64,000 nucleotides of DNA from Carpediemonas membranifera BICM (GCA_019828565.1 JAHDYR010000025.1:186001-250000), one strand, 5' to 3'; positions 31,533 to 43,064 are shown, counted from the first letter of the stretch. Notes: generated by a model from the letters alone, not told the origin. A program made the numbers and translations.

Positions 31533-33750
31533 ATGTCCGATGAGGAGCTTCAGGAGGAAATACTGCCCCATCGAGACGATAGCATGGACGATGGAGGAGA
31601 TTTCATCCGGAGGAACCACGATATGATCGACACGCTCCTCATTCAGATCGACAGCAACCTCAGGAGGCGGTAACCTCGACGTAGACGCCGAAGACGTCCA
31701 ATTTTCGATCAACGAGGAGCAAGAAGAGGATGAGTTCGAGGCTGAGCTGAACAAGGAGGCCCGCAGCCTCCACCTCCCCCGCCGTCGGACGCGGAGCCAG
31801 GTCCGCTCGCTGGGGGAGATGCGGCTCCCCGCCGCAGTCACGGACCTCCTCGGCCGCGCCAACATCGCCTTCATCAACCAGAACCGTGTGGAGACCGTCC
31901 GGCTGTGCATGGATGCCATCTGCCTCGCGCCCCAGGCACCCGAGCCATACCGGCTGATCGGCCTCTCCCTCGAGGATACAGGCAGCGAGCGGGTAGCGCT
32001 GGACTTCTTCTTCGTGGCCACCCACCTGTCGCGGAGGGCCAAGGAGCCGTGGAAGATCTGCGCCGACATTGCCCAGCGGACAGGCCACGAGCAGTATTAC
32101 CTCTACTGCCTCAGGAAGATGACCCCGTTCATTGAGGACGAGGACGACCTCGGGGCCCATCTCATCGAGACACACAGTGCATACCGCGTCGTCGGCGACA
32201 TGCGCGGGGCCGGCCGCTGTCTTGAGGCCCTCTACCACGTCCGCCCGGACCCCGCGGTGCTGCAGCTGTGCGTGGAGTACTACCTCGAGACGACAATGGA
32301 CCCACGCTCTCGCCGCCATAGAGCGGTTCGCCCCGCCCATCGATGACTTCGCGGACCTCTACTTCGAGCTTGGCCGCACGTGTGTCTCGGCGTCCGACCA
32401 GGCGGTATATGCCCAGGGGTTGCGGCTGCTGGCAGTGACGGAGGCCGTGCCGAGCATGGCGATGGCCGTCAACCTCATCCTCGCTGACTCTCTGCTGCAG
32501 CGGCTCGCCAAGCTCGACCACGCGGGCCGGAGTGAGCTCTTGACAAGGTACTCTCGCGTGCTTGCGGTCGACTCGACTGCCCCGACCGTTCTCAAGGCCG
32601 CCAACGCGTGTGGCAGGCTCGGCCTGAAGGACACATGCCTCTGGCTCCTGGGCTTTATTGAGCCGAACGCCGCGGTGACCTCGGGCCCGCTGGGGAAGCT
32701 GATCGGGCCGTACCAGTGCCCATTCCCCGCGGACAGGCCCACCGACGCCCTGCGGCACTTCCTCGGCTGGGTTCACGGCTGGGTCGGCGACGGGGCGCAG
32801 GCCATCGTCGACGTCTGCCGCGGGGTGCGGGCCGAGACTGTCGCCAGCCGCTCGGATACGTCGTTCCGGTCGTCAGCATTCTCCCGCACGACTGCGCTGT
32901 TGCTGAACGAGTTCATCCCGACCGTGCTGACCCAGGACCGCTTCTACACCGTCGCCATCCGGGTCACCCTCGAGCTGGTGCGGGAGAACAGGCCTGCAGA
33001 CGCCTCGAAGCTCATCAACGCGGCCGTGGCGTCCCGCATGCTCGACATCTGGGGCGGGCAACGTCGGGTCGACCTGTACGACAACCTGCGGCTCCTCACG
33101 GTGCTCATCGGGGCCCAGTGCACGTCGTCCCACAGCCAGCTCGACGTGGCGCTGCTCGAACAGCACCCGGACTCGCAGCGGCTGTGGGAGAGCTTCCTGC
33201 TGCAGGAGACGAGGTAGGTCGCCAGGAAGACGTACAAGCCCGCCATATTCAAGAAGAACACGTATGGCACGCTGTTCAGGGCTTCGACGGCCTTCTGGCA
33301 CGGCTCGTACGAGCAGACCGTGCCCATGTTCGAGGAGGTCGCGGCCAAGTGCCCAGGCGACCCCCTGCCCACTTCATGCTCGGCCTCAGCCTCCTCTTCA
33401 CGTCCCAGCGGCGTAGGGCCAACCGGAACACGAACAAGAACGACCAGGTCGTCCAGGCTGTCGAGCGGATGGCGCGATACAGCGAGCTTCGGGGTGACCC
33501 AGCGGAGGCGGCGTACAACACGGCCCGGATGCTGCAGTACTGCCGCATGGTCCATTTATGTTCCCCTATGTATATGAGTATACTACAGGGCCGGCCATCC
33601 GAATACAACTCCGGCCCGACCCAGCCCGTGTCGTCGTGGCAGCTGGAGCAGGCCCAGCGTCCGGCAGCGGTGAACATGGCGCGTCTGCTGGCGGATTCAG
33701 GGAATAGGCGGGAGGCCGCACGGGTGCTGAAGCAGTTTATGACTATATGA
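31533..33750 (+). CDS. TFC4: TFIIIC TPR subunit Tfc4/GTF3C3, broken by frameshifts and one in-frame TAG (likely assembly errors, or a pseudogene)
   Basis: LP.AV..LLGRANIAF...CMDAI..AP.A.EPY..IG...ED.G...ALDF..VATHL, and C-terminal EAAYN.AR......HL....Y...AAVNMA.L...SGN..EA. Confidence 0.8.
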
Positions 33751-33778
33751 GTGTGCCCATCATGTTATTCCATGGTGG

Positions 33779-34498
33779 TCAGGCGATCAGTTTATAAAGC
33801 TGGACGACGACCTCCGTGGGCAAACGGACAGCCTGGCCCTCCGACGTCATGCCATCATGAAGGACGCCTCCACAAATACTGCGTCGGTGCAGCGATACGA
33901 GGTGGAGCGAGGCCTGTCTGGCCATCCGCTTGACCTGATGGTGCTTCCCCTCCATCAGCGTCACCTCGATGTCGTATGTACACACGTAGTCGTGCCGCCG
34001 CTCCCGCAGGCCCGGCTCGGCGCGGGTTCCCGTGACACTGACTCCCACGGGGGCGGACGTCTGCGACTGCTGGCGGTTCCGGCTAAACTGCAGCGGCGCG
34101 CTCATCCGCTCCACGACATCCGCCTCACTGACGCCCTTGTAGTTGCGGCAGACGAGCTGGTACGTCTTCGTCTTCAGGGCCGAGCTCCACCCATCCTTGG
34201 GGGGCTGGCGGATGGCCAGGTCGAGGTGATGGTCGCTGGTGAGTAGGATCATTCCAGTCGTGTCGACGTCGAGACGTCCAACGCAGCCTATGCGCTCGAC
34301 ACCGTGCTGTTGGCGGACTAGATCGAACACTGTGGGTCTGGGAACCTCGATAGTGCTTCTAGGATCTGTTGCCGCTGTATCTACCGTGCTAGTGATGCAA
34401 TTACGCGGCTTATGCAGCAGTATGTAGTCGTTTTGCTCAATGTGATATCGAATGTCGTCTTCCTCCAATTGTATACATTCCTGTGTCTGATATTCCAT
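33779..34498 (-). CDS. RsuA/RluB-family pseudouridine synthase
   Basis: LLHKP..CITS, VGRLDVDTTG.ILLTSD (catalytic Asp), KTY, EGKHHQVKRM, LVSLHR. Confidence 0.88.
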   Translation of the reverse strand: MEYQTQECIQLEEDDIRYHIEQNDYILLHKPRNCITSTVDTAATDPRSTIEVPRPTVFDLVRQQHGVERIGCVGRLDVDTTGMILLTSDHHLDLAIRQPPKDGWSSALKTKTYQLVCRNYKGVSEADVVERMSAPLQFSRNRQQSQTSAPVGVSVTGTRAEPGLRERRHDYVCTYDIEVTLMEGKHHQVKRMARQASLHLVSLHRRSICGGVLHDGMTSEGQAVRLPTEVVVQLYKLIA

Positions 34499-34715
34499 GT
34501 GATGAGACAAAATGCATCGATTTCTATGGATATATTGAACGGGGAAAGGCTAGAAAGCACACAAAGGAACTATCGTTCTGACCATAAAATGCAATTGTCG
34601 GTTTTGACCAGGAACAATGGAATTGGGCCTTCGGCTGGCCGCAAGCCTCGCAAATGTCGCTGTGGCAAAGCCATCTCAGACATCGAAGCGACACCTTTAT
34701 AAAATCGCACGCCGT

Positions 34716-36608
34716 TCAAGTGAGAAATTCGTAGCCGTCCTCGATGAGCAGCCCGCCCTTCCCCGCCGCGGCAGTCATCGATACATCCTGCTCCTTCTTC
34801 GTCATATACGCCTCCACAGCAGCAGCCGTGTTGTCGCCGCTGAGGGCCTCGTCGACGGCAGCGAGTGCATCCGCCCTCTCGACGGCCTTGCGGCGCATAG
34901 CCTCCGCCTCCGCCTCTCCGTCGATCCCGGCGAAGTCGTCGAGCTGCCCCGGCTCCATCCCACTGGGGATGGTAAAGTTGAGCTGGCCGGTCTCCTCGAA
35001 GTCGTCGGGGAACTCGTCCACCTCTGGCGGTGTCTCGGGCTCGGCGACAAGCTCCTCGGTGGGGTTGGCGGGCTCAATCGCGGTGACCTCTGCTGCAGTA
35101 GCCTCGCTCTCGACAATACCGGCATCGGCCTCCTCGGCGCTCGTCTCCTCGTCCTGCTCGACCAGCCCAATCTCGTCGAAGTCATCGCTCGTCTCGAGCC
35201 CGGGGTCACCATCATCCCCGGACCGCGGAGGCGTCGTGGGGATTGTGCTTGGGCCGAGGCTGTCGTCCTCGGAGGCCTGGCCCGGGATGGCGGTGAAGTC
35301 GTCGTCTGACTCCATCGCCAGGTCGAAGCCGGCCTCCTCGTCAGATGCCCCGGCTGCGAACTCAGCCTCGTACGCGGCGACAGAGTCAGCGACGGCCTCG
35401 ACCGCGGGCCTGTCGCCGTACTTCTCCCTCGCCCGCGCCAGGACGTGCTGGGCATTCCTCAGCAGCCGGGCAGACGTTCCCGGTCGGGCAACAGGGGCCC
35501 TGGGCGGCGCTGGTGCCTCTACCGGGGTGGGGGGCGCCTGTGTCCGCTGGGGTGGCCTGGGAGATGGCGACGACCGGGGGCTCCGCATCCTCCGCTCGAC
35601 GGCCGGGGTCTGGGAGTTGGGGGGCGCGGACTCGACCCGTTGCCGCTCCCGGTCGACGAGCAGGGCCTGCAGCTCGGACATCTGCGCGAGCATCTTGCCA
35701 ATGACCTCCGTCTGCGCGGCCTCCTGACGCTTTGCCTCCTGTTGCTGCATGGCCATCATCGTCTTCATCATCATCGCCATGAGCTCGTTGCCTCCCTCGC
35801 CCTCGCCCCGGCCGCTCGCCCGGTGCCGTCTTGGCCTGTGCTCCACAAAGTCGCTGGACTCGCTGGTCTCGAGCTCATCGTCCCGCTGCCCCTTAAGACG
35901 GTACTTGCGGGCCCCGTGGGTCCGGGCGGGCCGAGGGATCTCCGTGCTCGCCGGGGGGTCCTTGTGGGCGCCACGCGCGCTGGGGAAGTCGGACTGCGGT
36001 CTGGCAGCCATCCTTGACTCCTGGGGTAGGGGTGACGGCGCCCCCACCGGCTCCGTCGCGGTGTCGGGGGACATCGGCCTCCTGCGGTCCCTCTGGGCGT
36101 CATCCCGCCTCTTCTGCTCGGCCTCCTCCTCTATCTGGCGCTGGATCCGCCTCTCCTCCCTCGCCTCCTCCTCAAGCCTCAGTCGCTTCTCCTCTTGCTG
36201 AACCCGCTTCTTCTCGGCCATCTGCTCTTCCAGGATGCGTCGCTGGGCCAGGATCTTGGCTCGGCGAACTTCCTGGTCCTCTGGCTGCGGGAGTGGCGAG
36301 TATTCCGGTACGGGTTTGGCAGCAGGCGCCTGGGGCGTCAGTTGGCGTTCGGGGGAATACGAAAACTGCCCCGTGGCAGGGGGCATGCCGTACTTCACCC
36401 TAGGGTCCTCGGTGAACACCGCATAGTCCTCGTCGCCTCCTTGAAACTGTGCGCTGCGTGTTGGGGAGGAACGCATGTCGGATCCGCTGTAGGGGCTCGG
36501 GGAGGCGAATGAACTGTGGCCGCGGGAATTCTGCAGCTGTAGATCGTTTCTTTGTCTTTCCCGTTGTTGTTCCCGCTCGAGCCTCCTCCGTTCTCGAGCA
36601 TTCATCAT
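34716..36608 (-). CDS. Low-complexity coiled-coil protein (CCDC66/CSPP1-like segment, acidic tail)
   Basis: QRRILEEQMAEKKRVQQEEKRLRLEEEAREERRI segment and GC3-biased codons. Confidence 0.65.
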   Translation of the reverse strand: MMNARERRRLEREQQRERQRNDLQLQNSRGHSSFASPSPYSGSDMRSSPTRSAQFQGGDEDYAVFTEDPRVKYGMPPATGQFSYSPERQLTPQAPAAKPVPEYSPLPQPEDQEVRRAKILAQRRILEEQMAEKKRVQQEEKRLRLEEEAREERRIQRQIEEEAEQKRRDDAQRDRRRPMSPDTATEPVGAPSPLPQESRMAARPQSDFPSARGAHKDPPASTEIPRPARTHGARKYRLKGQRDDELETSESSDFVEHRPRRHRASGRGEGEGGNELMAMMMKTMMAMQQQEAKRQEAAQTEVIGKMLAQMSELQALLVDRERQRVESAPPNSQTPAVERRMRSPRSSPSPRPPQRTQAPPTPVEAPAPPRAPVARPGTSARLLRNAQHVLARAREKYGDRPAVEAVADSVAAYEAEFAAGASDEEAGFDLAMESDDDFTAIPGQASEDDSLGPSTIPTTPPRSGDDGDPGLETSDDFDEIGLVEQDEETSAEEADAGIVESEATAAEVTAIEPANPTEELVAEPETPPEVDEFPDDFEETGQLNFTIPSGMEPGQLDDFAGIDGEAEAEAMRRKAVERADALAAVDEALSGDNTAAAVEAYMTKKEQDVSMTAAAGKGGLLIEDGYEFLT

Positions 36609-37032
36609 TTTGGATCGTCTTGAGGAAATATACGTGATGGTATTTATGGTTCACGTGAGCGGTTCCTGTGCCCATCAAGCAAGGATGGGGCGCGTGCAGG
36701 GGCGGCGCAGCAGCTGGCAGAGAGTGATTCCGAGGGCTGCCCACGCGCCTGGGGATGTCAAGACGAAGGCAGCTGCCGAGGTGGGTGACAGATGCCACAC
36801 AACTCGCCTTTGTCCGGCTGTGGACGACTAAGCCGCAGCCTCCACTTGTCCTTGAATCTCGGGCGCCAGAATTTGGCAAGAATTTGGAAGTCTATTCTTA
36901 TCGGCATCGGCGATGACACAATCAGAATGTTCTGCTGCAAGACGGGGGCTTTTGACGCGGCGGGCTGCCCCTCTTCCGCGCCTGGACCGCCCCGGGTGGT
37001 GTGCGTTTTTCGCGAAGTTCGGCCAAGCCAGT

Positions 37033-37992
37033 ATGTTCTGTTGCGCTGGTAAGCGGAAATCGAAGTACGATCCCGCGACTATAGCGTTCTTTGGGTTAGA
37101 TGGGGCAGGCAAGTCCACATTCCTTGCCTCGATTCTTGGTAACTCCTGCAAGGACGTCATGCCCACAATGGGCTTCGTGAACGAAAGAATCACTCTTCAG
37201 CAACTTGATTTGACTATATACGACCTTGGCGGCGGTGAGAGGATCCGCGGGTATTGGGACAACTACATGGCCAACCTTTTCGGTGGAGTTTTCTTCGTCG
37301 ACTCGAGTTCCGCCCAGGAACGCGAGGAGGAGCTGCTAGCTGCCTTCCAATCAGTCATTGACGCCAAATTCATGCGGGGAAAGCCCATTTTGATCGTTGC
37401 AAACAAGCAGGACGAGCCGGCGTGCCTCAGCGGGGGGCAAGTTTTTGCCCTCCTCGGCGCGGACAAACGCGATGACGCCATCATCGGCATCAAGGAGCAG
37501 ATATCCCTCTCCTCTGACGACGAGGGCCCTTCCATCCCCCATATGAACACGCTCGACTGGCTCATGGACGAGATCAGACGAAACTACGCCGAGCTCGACG
37601 CCAGGGTTGAGGTGGAGCTTGCTGAATACGAAGAGATGCTCAGACAGAAGAAGCTGGAGAAGATTGAGCGGGTTCGTCGCCTCAAGGAGGAGGACGCGCT
37701 CAGGGCCGAGGCTGTTGAACCCCAGGCAGACTCGGCAGAAGGCGAAGAGGAAGAGGTCAAGGAGTACGCCAAGCCCGAGCCCCTGGCGGCGGTGGTCATG
37801 GAGCCCATCGTCGAGGAGGACCGCGTCCCCCGGCCCCTCACCCAACCCATCCCGCCGTCCCTGCCGCAGATGGCCACACCCGCCCCGCGGCTCAGCATGC
37901 TCAGCGGGGTTGTTGACCGGACCCCCGGGGCGGGGGCGCCCGATGAGGTCGAGGAGACGCCTGCTTTCAACGTGCCTAACGCACTTCTTTAG
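37033..37992 (+). CDS. ARL13: ARL13-like ciliary GTPase
   Basis: N-terminal CC (palmitoylation), GLDGAGKST, Arl13-type DLGGG..IRG.W.NY, ANKQD, then a coiled coil. Confidence 0.85.
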   Translation: MFCCAGKRKSKYDPATIAFFGLDGAGKSTFLASILGNSCKDVMPTMGFVNERITLQQLDLTIYDLGGGERIRGYWDNYMANLFGGVFFVDSSSAQEREEELLAAFQSVIDAKFMRGKPILIVANKQDEPACLSGGQVFALLGADKRDDAIIGIKEQISLSSDDEGPSIPHMNTLDWLMDEIRRNYAELDARVEVELAEYEEMLRQKKLEKIERVRRLKEEDALRAEAVEPQADSAEGEEEEVKEYAKPEPLAAVVMEPIVEEDRVPRPLTQPIPPSLPQMATPAPRLSMLSGVVDRTPGAGAPDEVEETPAFNVPNALL

Positions 37993-38059
37993 CCATTTTA
38001 TAATATTATTCTTAGGGCTGCGTGGGGCGGTGTGCGGCCAGTGTACTGTTGCAACGTAA

Positions 38060-40618
38060 ATGGGCACGACTCTGCCAAAACTGCGACGTGGCTTGATGCC
38101 GGATGGTCCTGTTGGTGCTCCCGCCGATGGGGATAATACGGTCATAGAAAGCTGCATTATGGAAGAAGAGCTGGATGTTGATGAGACACAGCAGGAAGAA
38201 ACTGTGGAACAGCCGCACAATGAGCTGGAAGACATGGAAGCGATTAATGCGGCGTCTGAGCTGCACACAATGGAATTACCGACTCTTACAGACGCACCTA
38301 TCACTCTTCCGTGTTCCCTAGAGCTCCCAGCCACAGCAGAACCGTTTCCAACCCCGACGTGGCTCTCCCTTGCTCGGTTCTACCCCAAAGCGCAGTCCAT
38401 AGCACCACCGAACCCCGCAAGAGTGCACTACTTTCCATGGGCGCCGATACCCGCGCCGATACCGCTCACCGAGCCCGCCTTCTTCGACGACGAGGACATC
38501 CTCGTCCCCACCGCCCCCAGCGCCTACATCCAGGCGAAACAGGCCGGGGAGCAGCTCAGCCTGACCTTCAACATCCCTGCCACGCTCCCTCGCACAGCCC
38601 CGCGCCCCGCCTGTCCCTGCCCCGGCCCCCCGTACGGCCTCCCAGCCCGTGTATTCAGTACCCTGACCCACGACCAGCCGCTCTACCCGTGGCAGACGGA
38701 GTGTCTCAAGGCAGCGATGGAGACGATGGACAACTTCCTCTACACCTCCCCCACCGGGTCGGGCAAGTCTCTAGTGGCCGACACACTCGCCCTGCATGCC
38801 CTGGCCCAGGGCGTGTGCGTCATTTACATCGCACCGTTCGTCTCTCTCGTCCAGGAGCGGGCGGACACTGTGAGGCCCGCCTGTGCGGCCATGGATGTAC
38901 CCGCCGAGCCGTTGTTCGGGCCGAAGGTCATCAAGTCCGCCCCACGGAGCCCGACGCTCATCGTGTGCACCCCGGAGAAGGCTGTGGCGGTGCTCGACTC
39001 GTGGCCCCGCGGTGCTCCGACCATTGGCCTCGTCGTCGTCGATGAGGTGCACGTGGTCGGTGACGGCCGCCGCGGGGCACTGCTCGAGACGATCATGGCC
39101 AAGATCGTCTACTCCCAGACGCGGGGCGCGGGTATGCGGCTCATAGCGACGACGGCGACCCTCCCCAACCCCGAGGAGTTCGCCACATGGCTCCGGGCGG
39201 GGTGCTACGTCAACACCCTCCGCCCCATCGCTCTCAGCACGTTCATAGTGACCCCGACCCGCATCCTGGACGCGGAGGGCACCGTCCTACACACCCTGCC
39301 CCCGAGCCGAGTCCCGAGCGAGACGGCCGCCGTGGTCGAGACCGTGAACGACAGGGGCAATGTCCTCGTCTTCGTCTCATCCCGAGCCCGGTGCAGCTCG
39401 CTCGCCTCCTCCATCGCGGCCCACCTCGCCCCGCCCGACCCGACTATCGCCCCGCTGAGGGCCGCGTTAGTCCGGGAACTGGCACAGAACGTCACCGTGT
39501 CGGCCGCCCGGTCGCTGGAGATCATGGCTGGGGTCGGGTTCCACCACGCGGGGCTGCTGCAGGCCGAGAAGTCCATCATGGAGCGGGCGTTCCGGGAGCG
39601 CGTGCTCTCCGTGCTCGTGTGCACCACCACACTCGCCGCCGGGGTCAACCTCCCCGCCCGCCGCGTCGTCATCTCGGGCATCAAGGTCGGCCGCGAACCC
39701 CTCGACTCCACCCGCTTCCACCAGGCGGCGGGGCGGGCCGGCAGACCCGGGTTCGACTCTGAGGGGGTCAGCATCATCACCGTGTCCGACGACGACGCCG
39801 AGAAGGCAGCCGCACTGGCCTCGTCCAGCCCGAGCCCCGCTGAGTCCTGCCTCGTCCCCATGGAGGCTGTCGTCTCGGCAGCGTGCGCGGGGCTCACCTC
39901 CACCGTCCAGGAGTCGGTCGACTTCTTAGCGTGCACTTTAAGGCATATCCAGCGGCCGTTCGACGCCGAGGAGATAGAAACTGCCGCCCGCGAGCTGGTG
40001 GACATGAAGGCCGTTCAGGTCTCTCAGCAGAGGCTCAGCCCCGCGATGAACTTCAAGGCTGGCCACCTAGTCGGCCTTTCCTTCGCCGCGGTCACTAATC
40101 TCCAGCCCCTCCTGGACGTCGCCAAGGCCTTCGACACCCGCAGCGATCTCCTTGTCCTTGCCGTGGGCGTCGGGTCGGACGGCCTCGCCCTCTACAGCAA
40201 CAGCGACGTCCACCGCGTCATCAGCCGGGCCGACACCGCGGGCGGGTCGTCCGTGAGCCGGACCGCGGCGTTCCTGGCCGTCGACGTCGGTAGCCTCCTC
40301 GCACACCGCACGGGACAGATCCCAGAGGCCAGCAGGGATGCCGTCCGCTGTCTCGTGTCCGCGCTGTGCCTGGCGGAGGTCATTAGTCAGGGCTTCTTCC
40401 CAAGACTTTACCACAAAGTCGGTTCGCAGTTTAACGTCGGGCCTGGAGCGGTCGAGGCGCTTGTCGAGAGCACGCTGTCGTCGCTGTCGACGGTGGGGCG
40501 GTTCAGCGACGCCATGGGCTACCCGCTGCTCGGGTCCATCTTCCGGGGCGTGGCCAGGCGGCTTCGGACGGCGACGACCCCGCCCGAGCACGAATACTTC
40601 ATCGGCGATGACTATTGA
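38060..40618 (+). CDS. Ski2-like DNA helicase, HELQ/POLQ-helicase type
   Basis: LYPWQ.ECL, PTGSGKSLVA, DEVH.VGD..RGA.LE, HHAGL, TTTLAAGVNLPARRV, QAAGRAGRPGFD. No polymerase domain. Confidence 0.88.
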   Translation: MGTTLPKLRRGLMPDGPVGAPADGDNTVIESCIMEEELDVDETQQEETVEQPHNELEDMEAINAASELHTMELPTLTDAPITLPCSLELPATAEPFPTPTWLSLARFYPKAQSIAPPNPARVHYFPWAPIPAPIPLTEPAFFDDEDILVPTAPSAYIQAKQAGEQLSLTFNIPATLPRTAPRPACPCPGPPYGLPARVFSTLTHDQPLYPWQTECLKAAMETMDNFLYTSPTGSGKSLVADTLALHALAQGVCVIYIAPFVSLVQERADTVRPACAAMDVPAEPLFGPKVIKSAPRSPTLIVCTPEKAVAVLDSWPRGAPTIGLVVVDEVHVVGDGRRGALLETIMAKIVYSQTRGAGMRLIATTATLPNPEEFATWLRAGCYVNTLRPIALSTFIVTPTRILDAEGTVLHTLPPSRVPSETAAVVETVNDRGNVLVFVSSRARCSSLASSIAAHLAPPDPTIAPLRAALVRELAQNVTVSAARSLEIMAGVGFHHAGLLQAEKSIMERAFRERVLSVLVCTTTLAAGVNLPARRVVISGIKVGREPLDSTRFHQAAGRAGRPGFDSEGVSIITVSDDDAEKAAALASSSPSPAESCLVPMEAVVSAACAGLTSTVQESVDFLACTLRHIQRPFDAEEIETAARELVDMKAVQVSQQRLSPAMNFKAGHLVGLSFAAVTNLQPLLDVAKAFDTRSDLLVLAVGVGSDGLALYSNSDVHRVISRADTAGGSSVSRTAAFLAVDVGSLLAHRTGQIPEASRDAVRCLVSALCLAEVISQGFFPRLYHKVGSQFNVGPGAVEALVESTLSSLSTVGRFSDAMGYPLLGSIFRGVARRLRTATTPPEHEYFIGDDY

Positions 40619-40795
40619 GGTTTCCGCAGTGATCAGTTGATATTATTAAGCTATTTAGTGTAAACGCATTCCGCTTGAGCTTGCTTTGGGCTTCTGCCAA
40701 GAATGGTGGGCCGACACATTTCCTGCCTCTGGGATCTGCCCCCGGGCAGTAGCGTTCGATCGGCACGTGTTTATCATGAACCGTGGCATGCCCCA

Positions 40796-41517
40796 TCAGG
40801 CCAGTCTCTCCACCAGCCCGAGCGCGGCCTTGCCCTGCTTCACCCAGTGCTGCAACCCCGCCCCGAGCTCCGCCACACGGCCAGCTTGAGTGCCATCAAG
40901 CTCGACCCTGCTCTGGGGCTGCTGTCCTGTGAGCTCAGTGCGGTGCGCCAGGGCGGCGTCCGCGAGACGGGAGGCTATCCGAAGCTCGGACGCCAGATCC
41001 CTCCGGAAGTTCGAGGCGACTGTCGGCGGGTCTGCCGCTGACATGTCCACCCTGAGGCCCTTTGTCAGGTGTGCGGTCTCCCTCTTAAGCTTGTCGAGGT
41101 CCTCGGGTTGGGGCAACGGCGGTGCGCCGTCATGGGGGACCGACGCCACCTTTGACGCCTTGATCGTGTTGCGCAGGTTCGTGGCGATGGTTATGGTATC
41201 AGCCACAATGTTCTCCGTGCCCTCTGAGGCAAGGTCTTTGGCGGCGGAAGCTAGTGAGCACAAGGCGCTAATCGCCGTCATCGGAATGATATCTGCTGAG
41301 TTTGCCGATATTTCGATGCCAAGTTCCCGGATTGTCCCCTTCAGACTCTCAATGTCCTTCTCGTCGCCATCCACGGACTCGTCGTAAGGATTGACGCTGA
41401 ATAAGACAGGGCAAGGGAAACAAACGTCCGTATGAGAAATCTAACGGCTGCTATCTTGTTATCCACGCTGTCTAATGGCCGGTGGAAGCCGAGTTCTGAG
41501 AGTTCTATTGTGATCAT
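40796..41517 (-). CDS. Two-exon protein, possibly HAUS7/FAM98-like; intron 41397-41425
   Basis: A 29-nt GTTTGT...TTATTCAG intron joins MITIELSELGFH...VRFLIRT to VNPYDES...IRELGI. The family resemblance is weak. Confidence 0.5.
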
Positions 41518-41683
41518 CTTGGATACTTTGCGAAATACGTATTGCGTTCATCACACCCAGTACTCGGTGACGCACGCGCGGACGGCGCCTGATTTCCACC
41601 CCCGGGCGTATAGGCAGTATGACAGCATCCCCAGGCTTCCACACCGCACACAGGCCACGCCATTCATCCTCCGTCTGCCCTCC

Positions 41684-42952
41684 ATGTCTCATCCGGCCAG
41701 GCACCCATCCGCAGAGACGCAGCAGAGATGGCACCTCGCCAATGGCGACTGCGGCAGAGTCGTGACAAGCTCGATCGAATTGATGAAAACGGATGAGGCT
41801 CTCAGAGAGCTTAGATCCGAGAAGGCGTTAGCTTCGGTTCTATTCGCACATGAGATCTTCAATGAGCTCGCTCGATTCGACCCAATATCGGCGACGGAGC
41901 TGGAACTGTTCCTCCTCGACGTACCGTCCCCCAACGAGCACTGGGCGTGCCGCCGCTTCGTTGTCCGGACAATCAATGCCTTCCTTGTCTCTCGCCAGCC
42001 TCTATTCCTCCCCGATGACCTGTTCGGCGAGCTTGTCCGCGATTGTTGTATCGAGCACCTCGCGGACGAGACGCCTTTCGACGAGGACGACGATACGATC
42101 ACCTGGAGCTCGATCTCACCGATCCAACGGCTGAACACGGTCCACCTCCTGCTCGGCTTCGCGGCACCGTTCATCCTGACCGAGTACGCTGAGCGCGGGG
42201 ACCCACCCGACGAGTCGGACCTGCAGGCGGGCACAAACCCGCTCGCAGAAAGCGGGGAGTGGCGCCTCTTCTTCTTCTTCGACCACCACTGCCGTGTCTT
42301 CCGCGAGGGGCCCGCCCAAGCTCCTCCCAAGGGTTCCGTCGCGGCAGCCTGGCCCTCGTACGGGCTGAGTGAGAGCCGGGCAGGGTGGGCCACACTCACC
42401 CTGGGGTCGCGGGGGGAGGTCGAGGCGTTGCTGGAGGCGTGCAGGGGCAGCACAGACCCGCTGGACCAAGAGTTCTACGACGCCAAGGATGCGCTGCTCG
42501 GGCACTTCGACTATCTGGTCCAGGAGGAGCTGGGCAAGGTCAAGGCCGAGCAGGAGCGGAAGGCCGAGGAGCGTAGACGCTGTATAGAGGCCGAGCAGCA
42601 GGCCCTCGAGCTGGAGAGGTCGACCCGGCAGTCGGCCCGCATCATGTCGCGGCAGACACGGCAGGCCGCCCGCCAAGAGGAGCAACTTCGTCAGGCCGGG
42701 TCTGTTCGAGCCCTGCGTGCCCGGCAACGGGAGGAGCGCCTCGTCGAGCGGGAGATAGAGTTACAGCGGGCCCAGAGGCAGGCGGAGATCAACAGGGCGC
42801 GGCTGGAGGCAAGGGAGCGGAACAAGGCGCTCGGGATTACCCCTAAGCCTAAGCGGAAGCCGCGGACCCCGCCTGTGATGGCTCTGAGGGAGCGGCCCAA
42901 GCGGGACCGGAAGTTCCTGTTCAGCGACGACTTCGTGGACTACTCGGACTGA
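41684..42952 (+). CDS. Putative DDT/WHIM-like chromatin protein with charged C-terminus
   Basis: ISATELELFLL, W.SISPIQRL..VH.L and RVFRE resemble DDT-WHIM proteins. The tail is basic and NLS-like. Confidence 0.5.
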   Translation: MSHPARHPSAETQQRWHLANGDCGRVVTSSIELMKTDEALRELRSEKALASVLFAHEIFNELARFDPISATELELFLLDVPSPNEHWACRRFVVRTINAFLVSRQPLFLPDDLFGELVRDCCIEHLADETPFDEDDDTITWSSISPIQRLNTVHLLLGFAAPFILTEYAERGDPPDESDLQAGTNPLAESGEWRLFFFFDHHCRVFREGPAQAPPKGSVAAAWPSYGLSESRAGWATLTLGSRGEVEALLEACRGSTDPLDQEFYDAKDALLGHFDYLVQEELGKVKAEQERKAEERRRCIEAEQQALELERSTRQSARIMSRQTRQAARQEEQLRQAGSVRALRARQREERLVEREIELQRAQRQAEINRARLEARERNKALGITPKPKRKPRTPPVMALRERPKRDRKFLFSDDFVDYSD

Positions 42953-43064
42953 CGGCGGGGAGGTGTTTATAAATGCAGCTTCCGGTGGCTTGGTGAGGGG
43001 CGGTGGGTTGAGAATTTTGTCGATTTCGGCGGCTTGGCCAAAGAAGCAAAAGAAGAAGGCATTA

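Noticed and set aside
33215-33217. In-frame TAG in TFC4 as evidence of TAR-to-Gln reassignment (as in hexamitid diplomonads)
   Set aside because: TAA and TAG terminate many conserved genes at their expected ends here (PIERCE-like, SDA1, PABP, PCC1).
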